In this document: positions 39,764 to 57,259 of the stretch, piece by piece
Position numbering within the stretch: the first letter of the stretch is position 1
How the letters are laid out: each line of letters begins with the position of its first letter
NCBI GenBank assembly: GCA_964016885.1
Contig: OZ024752.1
Location: 45,384,001-45,448,000, forward strand
Source of the DNA: Eledone cirrhosa
Lineage: Eukaryota
DNA length: 64,000 nt
Direction: 5' to 3'
Notes under the pieces: model-generated
Databases searched by the model: none
Seen by the model: the letters and a program-made list of their open reading frames with translations, nothing else
What the model was told of the DNA's origin: nothing
Translations under genes and position numbers: made by a program

Positions 39764-41086
39764 ATTATAAGGAAGAAAAAGTACATCTTTAAAAGTTTTA
39801 AAATGAAAAAAAATTCTAAATTTAAAAAAACATTATGAAAGAAAGGAAAACAAAAAAATTAAACAAAAATTGAAATCTGAACCAAGAGTTCTTACACTTT
39901 AAAGGATTTTCATAGTTGGGGAAAAAGAAGATATGTCAAAAGTGGTGTACCCTTCAAATAAATATTTCAACAGGAATGGTGAAATAATCTCTGTATTGGT
40001 GAGAGTTCTTTCCAAGGAATTCACAGAACTTCAAAGATCACCAATGGAGTTAAACTGATTTCATTTCAGCTTATGTATCACATTCATCCTGCAATATGAA
40101 AAGGAAAAAGTAAGTTGATTCTTCAATAACACAACATGTGGGGTTGGGCTCCATGTTTATCCAACAGATTTGCGCCGCTGATTTCTCACAGTATTATAAA
40201 CTATTGAAGTAAGCCTTCAGATCGAGGTGTGCAGGGTTCCCTCCCTTGAAAAGAGTAAACAAAGGAAACAAAAAAAAACAAACAGCAACAACAAAAAAAA
40301 AAAAAACATTGTATGTATAACAAAAAGATTTATTCTCTGTGTTGGAATTTTAAGAATGGATTACCATTGAGTGATTGGTTAATTGATCTATTTATTTATT
40401 TTCACTAAATTCACAAGAAGGAAGAGGAGGAAAAGAAATGGAAGAAGAAGCAGAAGAAGAATCGAAGGAAGGGAAAACAGGAAGAAACTTCTGGAAACTA
40501 AGATATGTTTTTTAGTTGGAGACTGTTGATGTGTAAGCTATGAGGCTTTGGACATCCCAGAAAAGAATATATATTATGTATATATATATATATATGTGTA
40601 TTTAGTGTATGTATATATATATGTATAAATATGTATAGATATATATATAGAGATATATATATATATATAAATAAATGCACATACACACACTCACATATTC
40701 ATTTGTATATATGTTTATACACACACACATATATATATACATGTATATATGTGTACATTTATATATATATATATATATATATACATGAATATATGTGTAC
40801 ATTTATGTATATATATATATATATACATGAATATATGTGTACATTTATGTATATATATATATATATATGCATATTTAAAGATATATACATTTATGTATAT
40901 ATATATATATGCATATTTAAAGATATATACATTTATGTATATATATATATATGCATATATAAAGATATATACATATATATATATGCATATATAAAGATAT
41001 ATACATATATATACATATATATCTATATATATATATAGATAACTATATATATACTTATATATGTATACATATATATACACATATAC

Positions 41087-41117
<31 letters not shown>

Positions 41118-41242
41118 GATACCTATATATATACTTATATATGTATACATATATATATACACATATATATATACATACATATATATATATATATGTATAC
41201 ATATATATATACACATATATACATACATACATTCATATATAT

Positions 41243-41277
<35 letters not shown>

Positions 41278-41566
41278 CTCATGAGTAAATACTCCAGGTA
41301 AATGATGAGTTTTGCTGATAATATATCGAGATTGATGTATTTCTTCACTGAACCAACAAGAGAAGTGTTGCTGTGTCAATGCCATATCTTACAAGTTTGG
41401 TTAAAATCAATCTATTTGTCAGTAAATCCAATATCATATACAAGAGTGTGTGCTGAGACACAGCACTATACTACTAATACAAACAAGGAAGAATGACGTG
41501 ATATTTATTTTATTTAATTTACAAATTGTTTCAGCATATCAACTCACTCTCATACCCATCATATAT

Positions 41567-41639
<73 letters not shown>

Positions 41640-42181
41640 TATCTCTGTATAAGTATATATATCAATACATGAATATACACACATAGATATATATAAATAT
41701 ATCTCTGTATAAGTATATATATATATACATGAATATATATATATATATAAATATATCTCTGTATAAGTATATATATATCTATATGTGAATATACACATAA
41801 GTATATATATCTATACATGAATATACATATATATATAAGTATATATATCTATACATGAATATATATATATATATATATGAATATATATACATGAATATAT
41901 ATATATATGAATATATATATATGAATATATATACATGAATATATATACATGAATATATATATATATGAATATATATACATGAATATATATATATATGAAT
42001 ATATATACATGAATATATATATATATGAATATATATACATGAATAAACATATATATATATACGTGAATATACGTGAATATATATACATGAATATACATAT
42101 CTGTATAAGTATATATATCTATACATGAATATACATAGATATATATATATATCTATACATGAATATAGATATATATATTCA

Positions 42182-42400
42182 TGTGTTTTATGTAAAGTAA
42201 AGAAGAGTGCTCAATATATAGTACAGAGCTATTTAATTATATAATAAACAACCCAATATAATCATTCCATTACCAAAGGTTTCAAGAAGTTAGTCCAGTT
42301 CACTCGAGCGAACTGGAAGTTTTAGTTAGAAGAGTCTAACTTCGTGAAACCTTGGGTAATGGATTAATTATATTGGGTTGTTTATTATATAATTAAATCT
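42182..42400 (-). mobile_element. Hairpin/tail element with half hammerhead (family of 6181 and 35347)
   Basis: Arms at 42231-42293 and 42336-42398; GAGTGCTC at 42205-42212; (TA)n flanks. Confidence 0.75.
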
Positions 42401-42423
42401 GTATATATATATTCATATATATT

Positions 42424-42494
<71 letters not shown>

Positions 42495-42495
42495 T

Positions 42496-42533
<38 letters not shown>

Positions 42534-42545
42534 TATATATATATT

Positions 42546-42578
<33 letters not shown>

Positions 42579-42583
42579 TTATT

Positions 42584-42653
<70 letters not shown>

Positions 42654-42693
42654 TATATATATATATATATTTATTTATATTTATATATATTTA

Positions 42694-42766
<73 letters not shown>

Positions 42767-42783
42767 ATATATATTTATATATT

Positions 42784-42860
<77 letters not shown>

Positions 42861-42876
42861 ATATATTTATATATTT

Positions 42877-42918
<42 letters not shown>

Positions 42919-43038
42919 TCATATATATATATATATATTCATATATATATATATATATTCATATATATATATATATATATTCATATATATATATATATAT
43001 TCATATATATATATATATATTCATATATATATATATAT

Positions 43039-43090
<52 letters not shown>

Positions 43091-43109
43091 CATATACATA
43101 TATATATTC

Positions 43110-43172
<63 letters not shown>

Positions 43173-43335
43173 CATATATATACATATATATATATATTCA
43201 TATACATATATATATTCATATACATATATATATTCATACATATATATATTCATATACATATATATATTCATATATATATATATATAATATATATATACAT
43301 ATATACATATATATATTCATATACATATATATATT

Positions 43336-43428
<93 letters not shown>

Positions 43429-44022
43429 CATATATATACATATATAGATATATATTCATATATATATATATACATATATTCATATATATATACATATATT
43501 CATATATATATATATATATATTCATATATATATATATCCATATATTCATATATATATACATATATTCCTATATATATATATATATTCATAATATATATAT
43601 ATATATTCATATATATATATATACGTATATTCATATATATATACATATATTCATATATATATATATATACATATATTCATATATATATATATATACATAT
43701 ATTCATATATATATATATATACATATATTCATATATATATACATATATTCATATATATATATATATACATATATTCATATATATATATATATACATATAT
43801 ATATATTCATATATATATATATACATATATTCATATATATATACATAATATTCATATATATATACATATATTCATATATATATATACATATATTCATATA
43901 TATATATATACATATATTCATATATATATATACATATATTCATATATATATACATATATTCATATATATATACATATATTCATATATATATATACATATA
44001 TTCATATATATATATACATATA

Positions 44023-44079
<57 letters not shown>

Positions 44080-44271
44080 TATTCATATATATATATATAT
44101 ATATATATTCATATATATATATATATATTCATATATATATATATATATTCATATATATATATATATTCATATATATATATATATATTCATATATATATAT
44201 ATATATATTCATATATATTCATATATATATATATATATATTCATATATATTCATATATATATATATATATA

Positions 44272-44305
<34 letters not shown>

Positions 44306-44408
44306 TATATATTCATATATATATATATATATATTCATATATATATATATATATTCATATATATATATATATATAATATATATTCATATAGATATATAGA
44401 TATATTCA

Positions 44409-44758
44409 TAATAATAATTAAATGGATGATTTGTTATGTCTTCATTACATTTATTTGGTAATGTCACATGTCAATGTCACATGTCAATGTCACATGTCAT
44501 TACTACAACAGAGGTCCAATGAGCTTTTGATTCCAGAGTCGGGCTAGATCAATAGCGATCGAACCGTGAGCTGATCAATAGCGATCGAACCGTGAGCTGA
44601 TCAATAGCGAAATGCATTACAATAAATGTAATGAAGACAGCAAATCGTCCTTTTTATTATTATTATTATAATGACACTCTGTTTAGTTCTACACATCTTT
44701 ACTGTATTGAGTGCTCACTGGGGTGAACCTACAATAACTGGACATTAGAATCCCTAGC
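44409..44758 (+). mobile_element. Hairpin/tail element with a loop made of short tandem duplications
   Basis: Arms at 44409-44455 and 44621-44668; tail with ttGAGTGCTC at 44707-44716. Embedded between multi-kb (TA)-type tracts. Confidence 0.7.
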
Positions 44759-44818
44759 TATATATATATATATGTATATAAATATATGTATATGTATATA
44801 TATGTGTATATATATATG

Positions 44819-44853
<35 letters not shown>

Positions 44854-46021
44854 GTATATGTATGTATATATATATGTATATATGTATATATATATGTATA
44901 TATATATGTATATATATATGTATATATGTATATATATATGTATATATATATTTGTATATATATATGTATATATATATATGTATATATATGTATGTATATA
45001 TATATGTATATGTATATATATATGTATATATATATGTATGTATATGTATATATATGTATATGTATATATCTATATGTATATATGTATATATGTATATATA
45101 TATGTATAAATGTATATGTGTATATATGTATATATATATCTATATATATATGTATATATCTATATATATATATGTATATATCTATATATATATATATATG
45201 TATATATCTATATATATGTATATATCTATATATATATATGTATATATCTATATATATGTATATATCTATATATATGTATATATCTATATATACATGTATA
45301 TATATATATATATGTATATATCTATATATACATGTATATATATATATATATGTATATATCTATATATATATGTATATATCTATATATATATGTATATATC
45401 TATATATATATGTATATATCTATATGTATATGTGTATATATATCTATATAAATATGTGTATATATATATGTGTATATATATATATGTATATATATATGTG
45501 TATATATATATGTATATATATGTGTGTATATATATGTATATATGTATACATATGTGTATATATATATGTGTATATATATATGTATATATATGTGTGTATA
45601 TATATGTATATATATGTGTATATATATGTATATATCTATATATATATGTGTATATATATGTATGTAGATGTATATATACGTGTACATATATGTGTATATA
45701 TATATGTATATATATTTGTATATATATGTATATATAATGTATATATATATGTATATGTATATATATGTATATATATATATGTATATATATGCATATATAT
45801 GTATATATATATGTATATATATATGTATATATATATGTATATATATATGTATATATATATGTATATATATATGTGTATATATATGTGTATATATATGTGT
45901 ATATATATGTGTATATATATGTGTATATATATGTGTATATATATGTGTATATATATGTGTATATATATGTATATATATATGTATATATATGTATATATAT
46001 GTATATATATGTGTATATATA

Positions 46022-46052
<31 letters not shown>

Positions 46053-46208
46053 GTATATATATATGTATATATGTGTGTATATATATGTATATATATATGT
46101 TTATATATGTATATATATGTGTACATATGATATATATATGTATATATATTCACACATATATATGTGTATATATATATATGTATATATGTATATATATATG
46201 TATATATG

Positions 46209-46246
<38 letters not shown>

Positions 46247-46252
46247 TGTATT

Positions 46253-46283
<31 letters not shown>

Positions 46284-46633
46284 ATTCACACATATATATA
46301 TATATGTATATATATATTCACACACGTATATATATATTTATATATATATATATATGTATTTATATATATATATATATGTATTCATATATATATATATATT
46401 TATATATATTCACATATATATATATGTATATATATATTTATATATATATATATGTATATATATATTTATATATATATATTTATATATATCTATATATGTA
46501 TATATATATTTATATATATATATTTACATATATATATTCCCATATATATATATTCACATATATATATATTTATATATATATTTATATATATATATGTATA
46601 AATATATATATATTCCCATATATATATATTCAC

Positions 46634-46671
<38 letters not shown>

Positions 46672-47037
46672 ATTCCCATCTGTGTGTATATATAAATATA
46701 TATAGAATGACGTTTACAAAGTTAGCACCTGGTAGGTTCCTAGTGAAACAACTTCAAATGAAATTGTTTCACCATTAATCTTACCTGTTGCAAAATATTC
46801 TATATTTTCTGTATACCACATAACATACATATATATATATATATATAATTTTGGAGGTTCATGGTGCCTATATATATATATATATATATTTAGGAACAAT
46901 TAAGACCCCGACGGCAGAGTTCAAGCCCTTTCGACGTTATATATAACATGAATATGAGAGCAGGTAGATTTGATGAAACAATTGTATGGAATAGAATGAT
47001 TTAATTTCATTTTTCTTGTAATTTTTGTGTTATTGTT

Positions 47038-47069
<32 letters not shown>

Positions 47070-47134
47070 CGTACATATATATATATGTATGTATAGATAT
47101 ATATATATGTATATGTATATATATATACATATAC

Positions 47135-47165
<31 letters not shown>

Positions 47166-47464
47166 CATATATATATATATATACATATATAGACATATAT
47201 ATATATATACATACATATATATATATATACATACATATATATACATATATATATATATATATACATATATATATACATACATATATATATATATACATAC
47301 ATATATATATATACATACATATATATATACATATATATATACATATATATATACAAATATATATATATATATGTATGTACATATATATATACATATATAT
47401 ATATACATATATATATACAAATATATATATATATATGTATGTACATATATATATACATATATAC

Positions 47465-47499
<35 letters not shown>

Positions 47500-47586
47500 C
47501 ATATATACATATATACATATATACATATATATATATATACATATATACATATATATATATATATACATATATATATATGTATGTAC

Positions 47587-47619
<33 letters not shown>

Positions 47620-47648
47620 CATATATATATGTATGTACATATATATAC

Positions 47649-47711
<63 letters not shown>

Positions 47712-47726
47712 CATATATATATATAC

Positions 47727-47800
<74 letters not shown>

Positions 47801-47904
47801 ACTCTACAGGTAACACTATATATTCATGTATGCTCACATATACATGCTGATATGTATGACATATATATATATTTCTTTTTAAATATACAATCCGATATAT
47901 GTTC

Positions 47905-47947
<43 letters not shown>

Positions 47948-48351
47948 TTACATGAATATTTGTATACACATTTGTTTACTCATATATTTATATCATATAT
48001 ATACATTTTAATATACGTACATGTGTATATATGTATGTATATATATATATATATATGCGTACAATTGTGTGTATTGATATATATATATATATATATATTT
48101 CTATATATATATATGTATATATATATATGTGTGTGTGTGTGTGTACGTGTATTTATGTGTATATATGTACATACGTATGTGTGTATTTATGTGGATATGT
48201 GTACTTACGTATGTGTATATTTATGTATGTATGTATGTATATATATATGTGTGTGTGTGCGTGTGTGTGTGTGTGCTTCTATGCATGTGTGTGTGTGCTT
48301 CTATGCATATGTATTTGTGTATATATACACATGCAGAAACACACACCACAG

Positions 48352-48399
<48 letters not shown>

Positions 48400-49894
48400 C
48401 ATTTTTTATTTATTTATGTGCGTGTATGTGTCTGCGTGTATATGACTGTCTGTATATATGTATGTATGTCCTGTATGTAGATATACATTTTATTTTTATT
48501 TTTATTTTCTTTGTAACTGTCTTTAAACATTTTTCAGAATATGTATGTCTGTACGATTCTTTCATTGAATATGTATTTCTGTATTACACCTTTCAATATA
48601 AACTTGCATGTTAACTGAAGGATTTTCTGTTTAAATTTTACTTTCACACTAAGATTCTTGTCCCTTATTTTATAGCAGAACATACAGCAAAGTAAAATAC
48701 ATCTGAATAAGACTGGGGGGAAAATAAGGGTTCTTTTGTTTTTAATGTTTATTTTAAAACGTTTCTAAATTTTTTGTTAGTGTGTGAGTGTTGTTGTTGT
48801 GGTTGTTGTTGTTGTTGTATGTAATATATTATGTTATACAGTTGTCTGATTGTATGAGAGGATGATAGAAAGTTGCATATATTTGTTAATACATACATAC
48901 ATACATACATATATATATAAATACATATATATATAATACACACAAACATAATATATACATACACAAATATATATATATACATACATACACACATATATAT
49001 ATATATAAACACATATATATATACATACTTATATATATACTTATATATATATTTACATGCATATATATAACTGAGTTAACTCTCTGAGTTTTGTAGAGTA
49101 CCACTGAGCAGGAATCCACAAAGTTCCACATATCAACAGACCACAGTCTCACAAATGTGAGATATATATATATATTATATTCTCTTTTTTGGTAATGAGG
49201 TCCTTTTTCTCATGTTTGTAAACGAGCAGATTTATGGGTACATACATACTTTTACATACATACATATATACATATATATATTCACACACACATACAGAGT
49301 GAGAGACAGGGGGAGCGAGAAAATAAGTCTTTCATGAGGAAATGTTTGTAAAGATAGAAAATTTGCTAGTGAGAATATATTTGTTTCTCAAGAAAGTTCA
49401 ACAGTCTGAAAGAAAATAAAGTTCTGTAAAGTGTGAAAGCAGATGTGGCAGTTTGAAGAATATATATAATAATGGTGTGACTATAAAATATACAAGTTGT
49501 ATACTTTTATAAAGTCTATCAGGGGAATTAATGAAGTAGTGGAGCTAGAGAGAGAGACAGACAAAATAAAAAGGTACTTCTACGTTAGAAATACCAAACA
49601 GTTCATCATTAAATAATTGGTGTATATTGACTAAAACTGAAATAATCCTAGCATTGAAGATGGTTGACTAAATAACGTGTGCTTATACAGCTAAAAATAA
49701 GTCAATCGTTATGAAACAAGTTGATGTCTTGGATGTTAAAGAAACTTCACAGATTGCATCAAATGCTGATCTGCATACAAAGAACAAATATGCATCCTTG
49801 GAGACCCTCTGTAGCCATGGTTTGAAACCTGAAACATCTCTTGCTTACAAAATTGAGCTCCTTGAATATAAGTATAAACTAAATATTTGTTCAA

Positions 49895-50230
49895 TATTGG
49901 CTCATGTTATACTACAAACATCAAGCAATGTCTGGCCCTGTATTAGATCATGTCATACTACAAACATTAACCGATGTGTAGACCTGTATTAGATCATGTT
50001 ATACTACAAACATCAAGCAATGTCTGGCCCTGTATTAGATCATGTCATACTACAAACATTAACCGATGTGTAGGCCTGTATTAGATCATGTTATACTACA
50101 ATATTAACCACAGTATGGCCCTGTATTTGATGATGTCATGCTACAAACATCAAGCAATATATGGGCCTATATTGGCTCACATTATACTATGAATAAAGAT
50201 CACTGTTTGGGCCTGCGTTATACTAAAAAC
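49895..50230. repeat. Degenerate tandem repeat of about 43/86 bp
   Basis: catgttatactacaaacatcaagcaatgtctggccctgtattagat and variants recur. Confidence 0.75.
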
Positions 50231-50694
50231 ACCAACCAATATGAACCAAAGTATGGTCCAGTGTTTGGTGCTGTTATGTACTAAAACCTGTGTAGTTTCT
50301 CAATAATAAAACGAAACCGTACAAAGAATATATCTTGAACACAAAAATGTGAAGAAGAAAGAAACACAAGAGATAAGCATTACATTTATTGTTTGAAATA
50401 ATAAAAGATATTAACAATCTTCTTTGAAATAATAAAAGATATTAACAATCTTGATGAGGTTTGACATATTGTGAGATATTTAGAAAATAAATTTTTTCTT
50501 TAGAAGTTTAAGATTTTTAAGGATGATAATTGTTATTTAATTTGAAAATAATAAATAAACAACATGAGTAGTTAAATAACAGACCATCTTCCATGATGGA
50601 TTATATTCCTGAAGAGTAAAGATGGAGGTAATGTATTAGACAAGGAGAATGTATGCAAACAATGCATATATATGAGGATGCATATATGAATGTA

Positions 50695-51289
50695 AGTATA
50701 TATATATATATATATGCGTATATATATATATATATATATGCGTATATATATATATATATATATATGCGTATATATATATATATATATATGCGTATATATA
50801 TATATGCGTATATATATTATATATATATTATATATATAGTGAGTGTGTGTAAGTATATATATATATATGTCAGTATATATATGTGTCTATATATATGTAT
50901 ATACTGATAGATATATATATATACTTACACACATATATATATATATATATCAGTATATATGTATATACATGTATATATATTATATATACAAATATATTCT
51001 TACATGCATATATATATATACATGTATGTGTGTCTGTAAGTCTATATATATTTACACGTATATATATTATATATATATATACAGATATATACTTACATGC
51101 ATATATATATATATATATACATGTGTGTGTAAGTATATATACATATATATGTTATATATACAGATATATACTTACATGCATATATATACGTGTGTGTGTG
51201 TGTGATTATATATATATGTAAGTATATATATATATACACACAATGTATATATACACAAATATATACTTACATGCATATATGTGTGTGAT

Positions 51290-51320
<31 letters not shown>

Positions 51321-51508
51321 ATATATATACAAATATACTTACATGCATATATATATATGTGTGTGTGTGTATATATATATATATGTGCGTGAGTGTAAGG
51401 ATAACTTTTACTTATATTCCTTACATTTGAGATGTTTGTGTCTATACCTTGAAACTACTGAGAATGGGGAGGTAAGTCAAACTGTAGGCATATATATATA
51501 TATAATTA

Positions 51509-51546
<38 letters not shown>

Positions 51547-52183
51547 GAGAAGATAGATAAGAGATATAGATATCTTATCTCAATAGTCTAACCTGTGCTA
51601 CTGTTGAAACATACACATATATATGTGCATATATGTATGTTTATTGGTATATATATATATATATATATATACGTATCTATATGTATATATATATATATAT
51701 AAATACATTACATATATAAACATTTATATATATAAATGTGTAAATATATATGTATATACATGTTTGTATATATACATATATGTATAAAATATATATATAT
51801 GCAAATTTATATAAGTATGTTTATAGATGCGTATATATAATCTACAAATGTATATATAAATATGTATATATATGTATATATATATATGTATATATATATA
51901 TGTGTATATATATATGTATATATATGTATGTATGTATATATGTATGTATATATATATGTATATATATGTATGTATGTATATATATATGTATGTATATATA
52001 TATATGTATATATATATGTATATATATATATGTATATATATATATGTATATATATATATGTATATATATATATGTATATATGTATGTATATATGTATATG
52101 TATATGTATATATATATATGTATATATATATGTATATATATATATGTATATATGTATATATATATATGTATATATATATATGT

Positions 52184-52223
<40 letters not shown>

Positions 52224-52321
52224 GTATATGTATAATATATATATATTATGTATAATATATATATATTATGTATAATATATGTATATATGTATATATATGT
52301 ATGTATGTATATATATGTATC

Positions 52322-52352
<31 letters not shown>

Positions 52353-52413
52353 ATATGTATATATGTATGTATGTATATATGTATGTATGTATATATGTAT
52401 GTATGTATATATG

Positions 52414-52447
<34 letters not shown>

Positions 52448-52449
52448 CG

Positions 52450-52493
<44 letters not shown>

Positions 52494-52529
52494 CGTATGT
52501 ATATATATATATGTGTATATATATATGTG

Positions 52530-52576
<47 letters not shown>

Positions 52577-52753
52577 GTGTATATATATGTGTATATATAT
52601 ATATGTGTATATATATATATGTGTATATATATGTGTATATATATATGTGTATATATATATATGTGTATATATATATGTGTATATATATATGTGTATATAT
52701 ATATGTGTATATATATATATGTATATATATATATGTATATATATATATGTATG

Positions 52754-52800
<47 letters not shown>

Positions 52801-52979
52801 GTATATATATGTATATATATATATATGTATATATATGTATATATATGTATATATATATATATATGTATATATATGTATATATGTATATATATGTATATAT
52901 ATGTATATATATATATGTATATATATGTATATATATATATGTATATATATATATGTATATATATGTATGTATATATATG

Positions 52980-53038
<59 letters not shown>

Positions 53039-53187
53039 GTATATATATATGTATATATATGTATATATATATGTATATATATGTATATATATATATATAT
53101 ATATGTATAAATATATGTATATGTATATATATATATGTATATGTATATATGTATATGTATGTATATATATGTATATATATATATATG

Positions 53188-53223
<36 letters not shown>

Positions 53224-53906
53224 AATGTATATATATATATTTTCCAGGTGGTGCTATTAAGTTAGACATGGCCTGGCCCAATACTGGCCGAAACCTATCA
53301 AAGTAAAGTTATATATATATATATACATACATATATACATACATACATATATATATGTATGTACATATGTATATGTATATATATATATATATATACATAT
53401 ATATACATACATACATATATATATATATATGTATGTACATATGTATATGTATATATATATATATATATACATACATACATATATATATATATATATGTAT
53501 GTATATATATATATATAGTGAGAGAGAGAGGCACGTGACCTAGTGGTAATTTTTTAGGACTTACCATCATAATGTCGTGGGTTTGATTCCTGGACAGGGC
53601 TGTGTGTTGTGTTCTTGAGCAAAACACTTCATTTTACGTTGCTCCAGTATACTCAGCTGAAAATGAGTACCAGTAATAGCTGGGGGGTTTTACCCTGTGA
53701 TGGACTGGCTTATTGTACTCTCAATCACTTCATGCCATGAAACCAGGGTAACCACTGGCCAAATGAGCTTTCTATCATAAGACATATATATATATATAAA
53801 GTTTATAGTCTATGTATATATATGTATATATATATATATATGTATGTATGTATATATATATGTATGTATGTATATATATATATGTATGTATATATATATA
53901 TGTATG

Positions 53907-53937
<31 letters not shown>

Positions 53938-54690
53938 ATATATATGTATGTATGTATATATATATATGTATGTATATATATATATATATGTATGTATATA
54001 TATATATATATGTATGTATATATATATATATATGTATGTATATATATATATATATGTATGTATATATATATGTATGTATATATATATATATATATGTATG
54101 TATATATGTATGTATATATGTATGTATGTATATATATATGTATGTGTATATATATATGTATGTATATATATATATGTATGTATATATATATATGTATGTA
54201 TATATATATATATATGTATGTATATATATATATGTATGTATATATATATATATGTATATATATATGTATGTATATATATATGTATGTATATATATATATA
54301 TGTATGTATATATATATATATGTATGTATATATATATATATATATGTATGTATATATGTATGTATATATGTATGTATATATATATATATATGTATGTATA
54401 TATATATATATGTATGTATATATATATATATGTATATATATATGTATGTATATATATATATATGTATGTATATATATATATATGTATGTATATATATATA
54501 TATGTATGTATATATATATATATGTATGTATATATATATATATGTATGTATATATATATATATGTATGTATATATATATATATGTATGTATATATATATG
54601 TATGTATATATATATGTATGTATATATATATATATGTATGTATATATATATGTATGTATATATATATGTATGTATGTATATATATATATG

Positions 54691-54729
<39 letters not shown>

Positions 54730-54798
54730 ATATATATATGTATATATATGTATATATATATATGTATATATATGTATATATATATATATATATGTATA

Positions 54799-54831
<33 letters not shown>

Positions 54832-55269
54832 GCATATATATGTATTTATATATATATATGCATATATATGTATTTATATATATATATGCATATATATATA
54901 TATATGTATATGTATATATATGTGTATATATATATATATGTGTGTATATATATATATGTATATGTATATATATGTGTATATATAAGTATAAAATGAATCA
55001 AGATACTGTGATTACATAACGTATTTATTCATTATAATTATTACAATGGTTCCCTTATGCAGTCCAAGTTGTAGTATATAAATTTGTTGCTGTTATGGGA
55101 ATGATCTCGTCGATGAAATAACTGGGTATGTAATATGCTGGAGACAACAAACATCTTCTTGCGGCTTGCACATACGTATATACATATATATATATATACA
55201 TATATATAAATATACATATATATATATATACATATATATACGTATATATATATACATATATAAATACAT

Positions 55270-55342
<73 letters not shown>

Positions 55343-56107
55343 AATATACATATATATATATAAATATACATATATATATATAAATATACATATATATATA
55401 TATATAAATATACATATATCTATATATAAATATACATATATATATATAAATATACATATATATATATATAAATATACATATATCTATATATAAATATAGA
55501 TATATAGATATATAAATATACATATAAATATACATATATATATATAAATATATATATATAAATTCATACATATACATTGTATATATATATGTGAATTCCT
55601 TTTTACACACACCTGTAGGGGTGGACTGACCTCCTGGGTATTTGTTCAATGCCTTTTTAGCTGCTGAGCTGGGTTAAAAGAAAACAAAAAAACAGCTGAA
55701 GAACATATTGGAGTTAATCTGATGAGTAACAAATATGCCGGGACCCGGGGGCAGGGCATGTTTTTAGTCCCAGTCCATTTCGGGGGGACCAGGGTTAAAT
55801 TCTCCTGTGTCTCAGACATCATGGGCAAATTAAATTTTCTATAGGGTGAACCTGAGTTTTCTGGTCCCTTGGGGTTGGGTTTAACACCCAGCCCACTTGT
55901 CTACCTAGATATGTGTGTGTTCTACTAGTTATGTATACATGTTTATTATGTGTGTGTGCGTGTGTTAGAGTCTGTATAAACATATCTTGTTTTATAGGGA
56001 TGTATATACATATATATGTATATATATGTGTATATATATATGTATATATATGTGTATATATATGTATATATATGTGTATATGTATGTATGTATGTATATG
56101 TATATAC

Positions 56108-56183
<76 letters not shown>

Positions 56184-56210
56184 ATATATATGTATATATA
56201 TATATGTATG

Positions 56211-56258
<48 letters not shown>

Positions 56259-56289
56259 TGTATATATATATATGTATGTATATATAATG

Positions 56290-56341
<52 letters not shown>

Positions 56342-56452
56342 TGTATGTATATATATATGTATGTATATATATATGTATGTATATATATATGTATGTATAT
56401 ATATATGTATGTATATGTACATATATATATACATACATATATATATATATAC

Positions 56453-56508
<56 letters not shown>

Positions 56509-56509
56509 G

Positions 56510-56541
<32 letters not shown>

Positions 56542-56575
56542 TGTATGTATATGTATGTATATATATATATGTATG

Positions 56576-56609
<34 letters not shown>

Positions 56610-56765
56610 AACATATATATATATATATGTATGTATATATATATACATATACTTATATATATAAATATATTAATATATATATATTAATATATACATATGT
56701 ATATATATATATTTATATATACATATATATATATATACATATATTTATATATCCATACATCGCAT

Positions 56766-56808
<43 letters not shown>

Positions 56809-56842
56809 ACAACATCGCATACATACATGAATATAACAACAT

Positions 56843-56879
<37 letters not shown>

Positions 56880-56966
56880 TTATAATAACATTGTATACAT
56901 GCAATTACACAAAGTCTTCTTAGCTTTACTCTTTAGGATTGAATGTGTGTGTGTATATAATGTGTT

Positions 56967-57032
<66 letters not shown>

Positions 57033-57065
57033 ATCTGGGTAATATTAAATATTATCCAATTACAA

Positions 57066-57110
<45 letters not shown>
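50695..57110. repeat. Extended (TA)n/(TATG)n microsatellite field with small islands
   Basis: Direct inspection. Confidence 0.9.
53527..53770 (+). mobile_element. tRNA-derived SINE (V-SINE-like)
   Basis: Head gcacgtgacctagtggt...ggtttgattcc, then tgtgttcttgagcaaaacacttc...ttgctccag...aaatgagtacc...ccctgtgatggactggc. Confidence 0.75.
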
Positions 57111-57259
57111 TGTATTTATGTAGATATATATTTAGTTATATTTTCTAATTCCTGCATATCTGAATATATATGACCTTAACTACAAAACAAAAAACACTCT
57201 CAACACCAAAAACATTCAATATACTTACACCTCCCTTCCATACTGCTTACTGATCTCTA

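Larger units (their letters stand above)
40575..48480. repeat. Extended (TA)n/(TATG)n/(TATTCA)n compound microsatellite field with small islands
   Basis: Direct inspection; source of the Y/I/M/C ORFs. Confidence 0.9.

Noticed and set aside
49711-49992. 93-aa ORF in unique-looking sequence
   Set aside because: No recognisable motif, no clear splice signals, and it ends in a tandem repeat.
55715-55760. CTGATGAG motif in a GC-richer island
   Set aside because: No downstream GAAA or stem II; the island (55590-55910) remains an unassigned repeat-like sequence.
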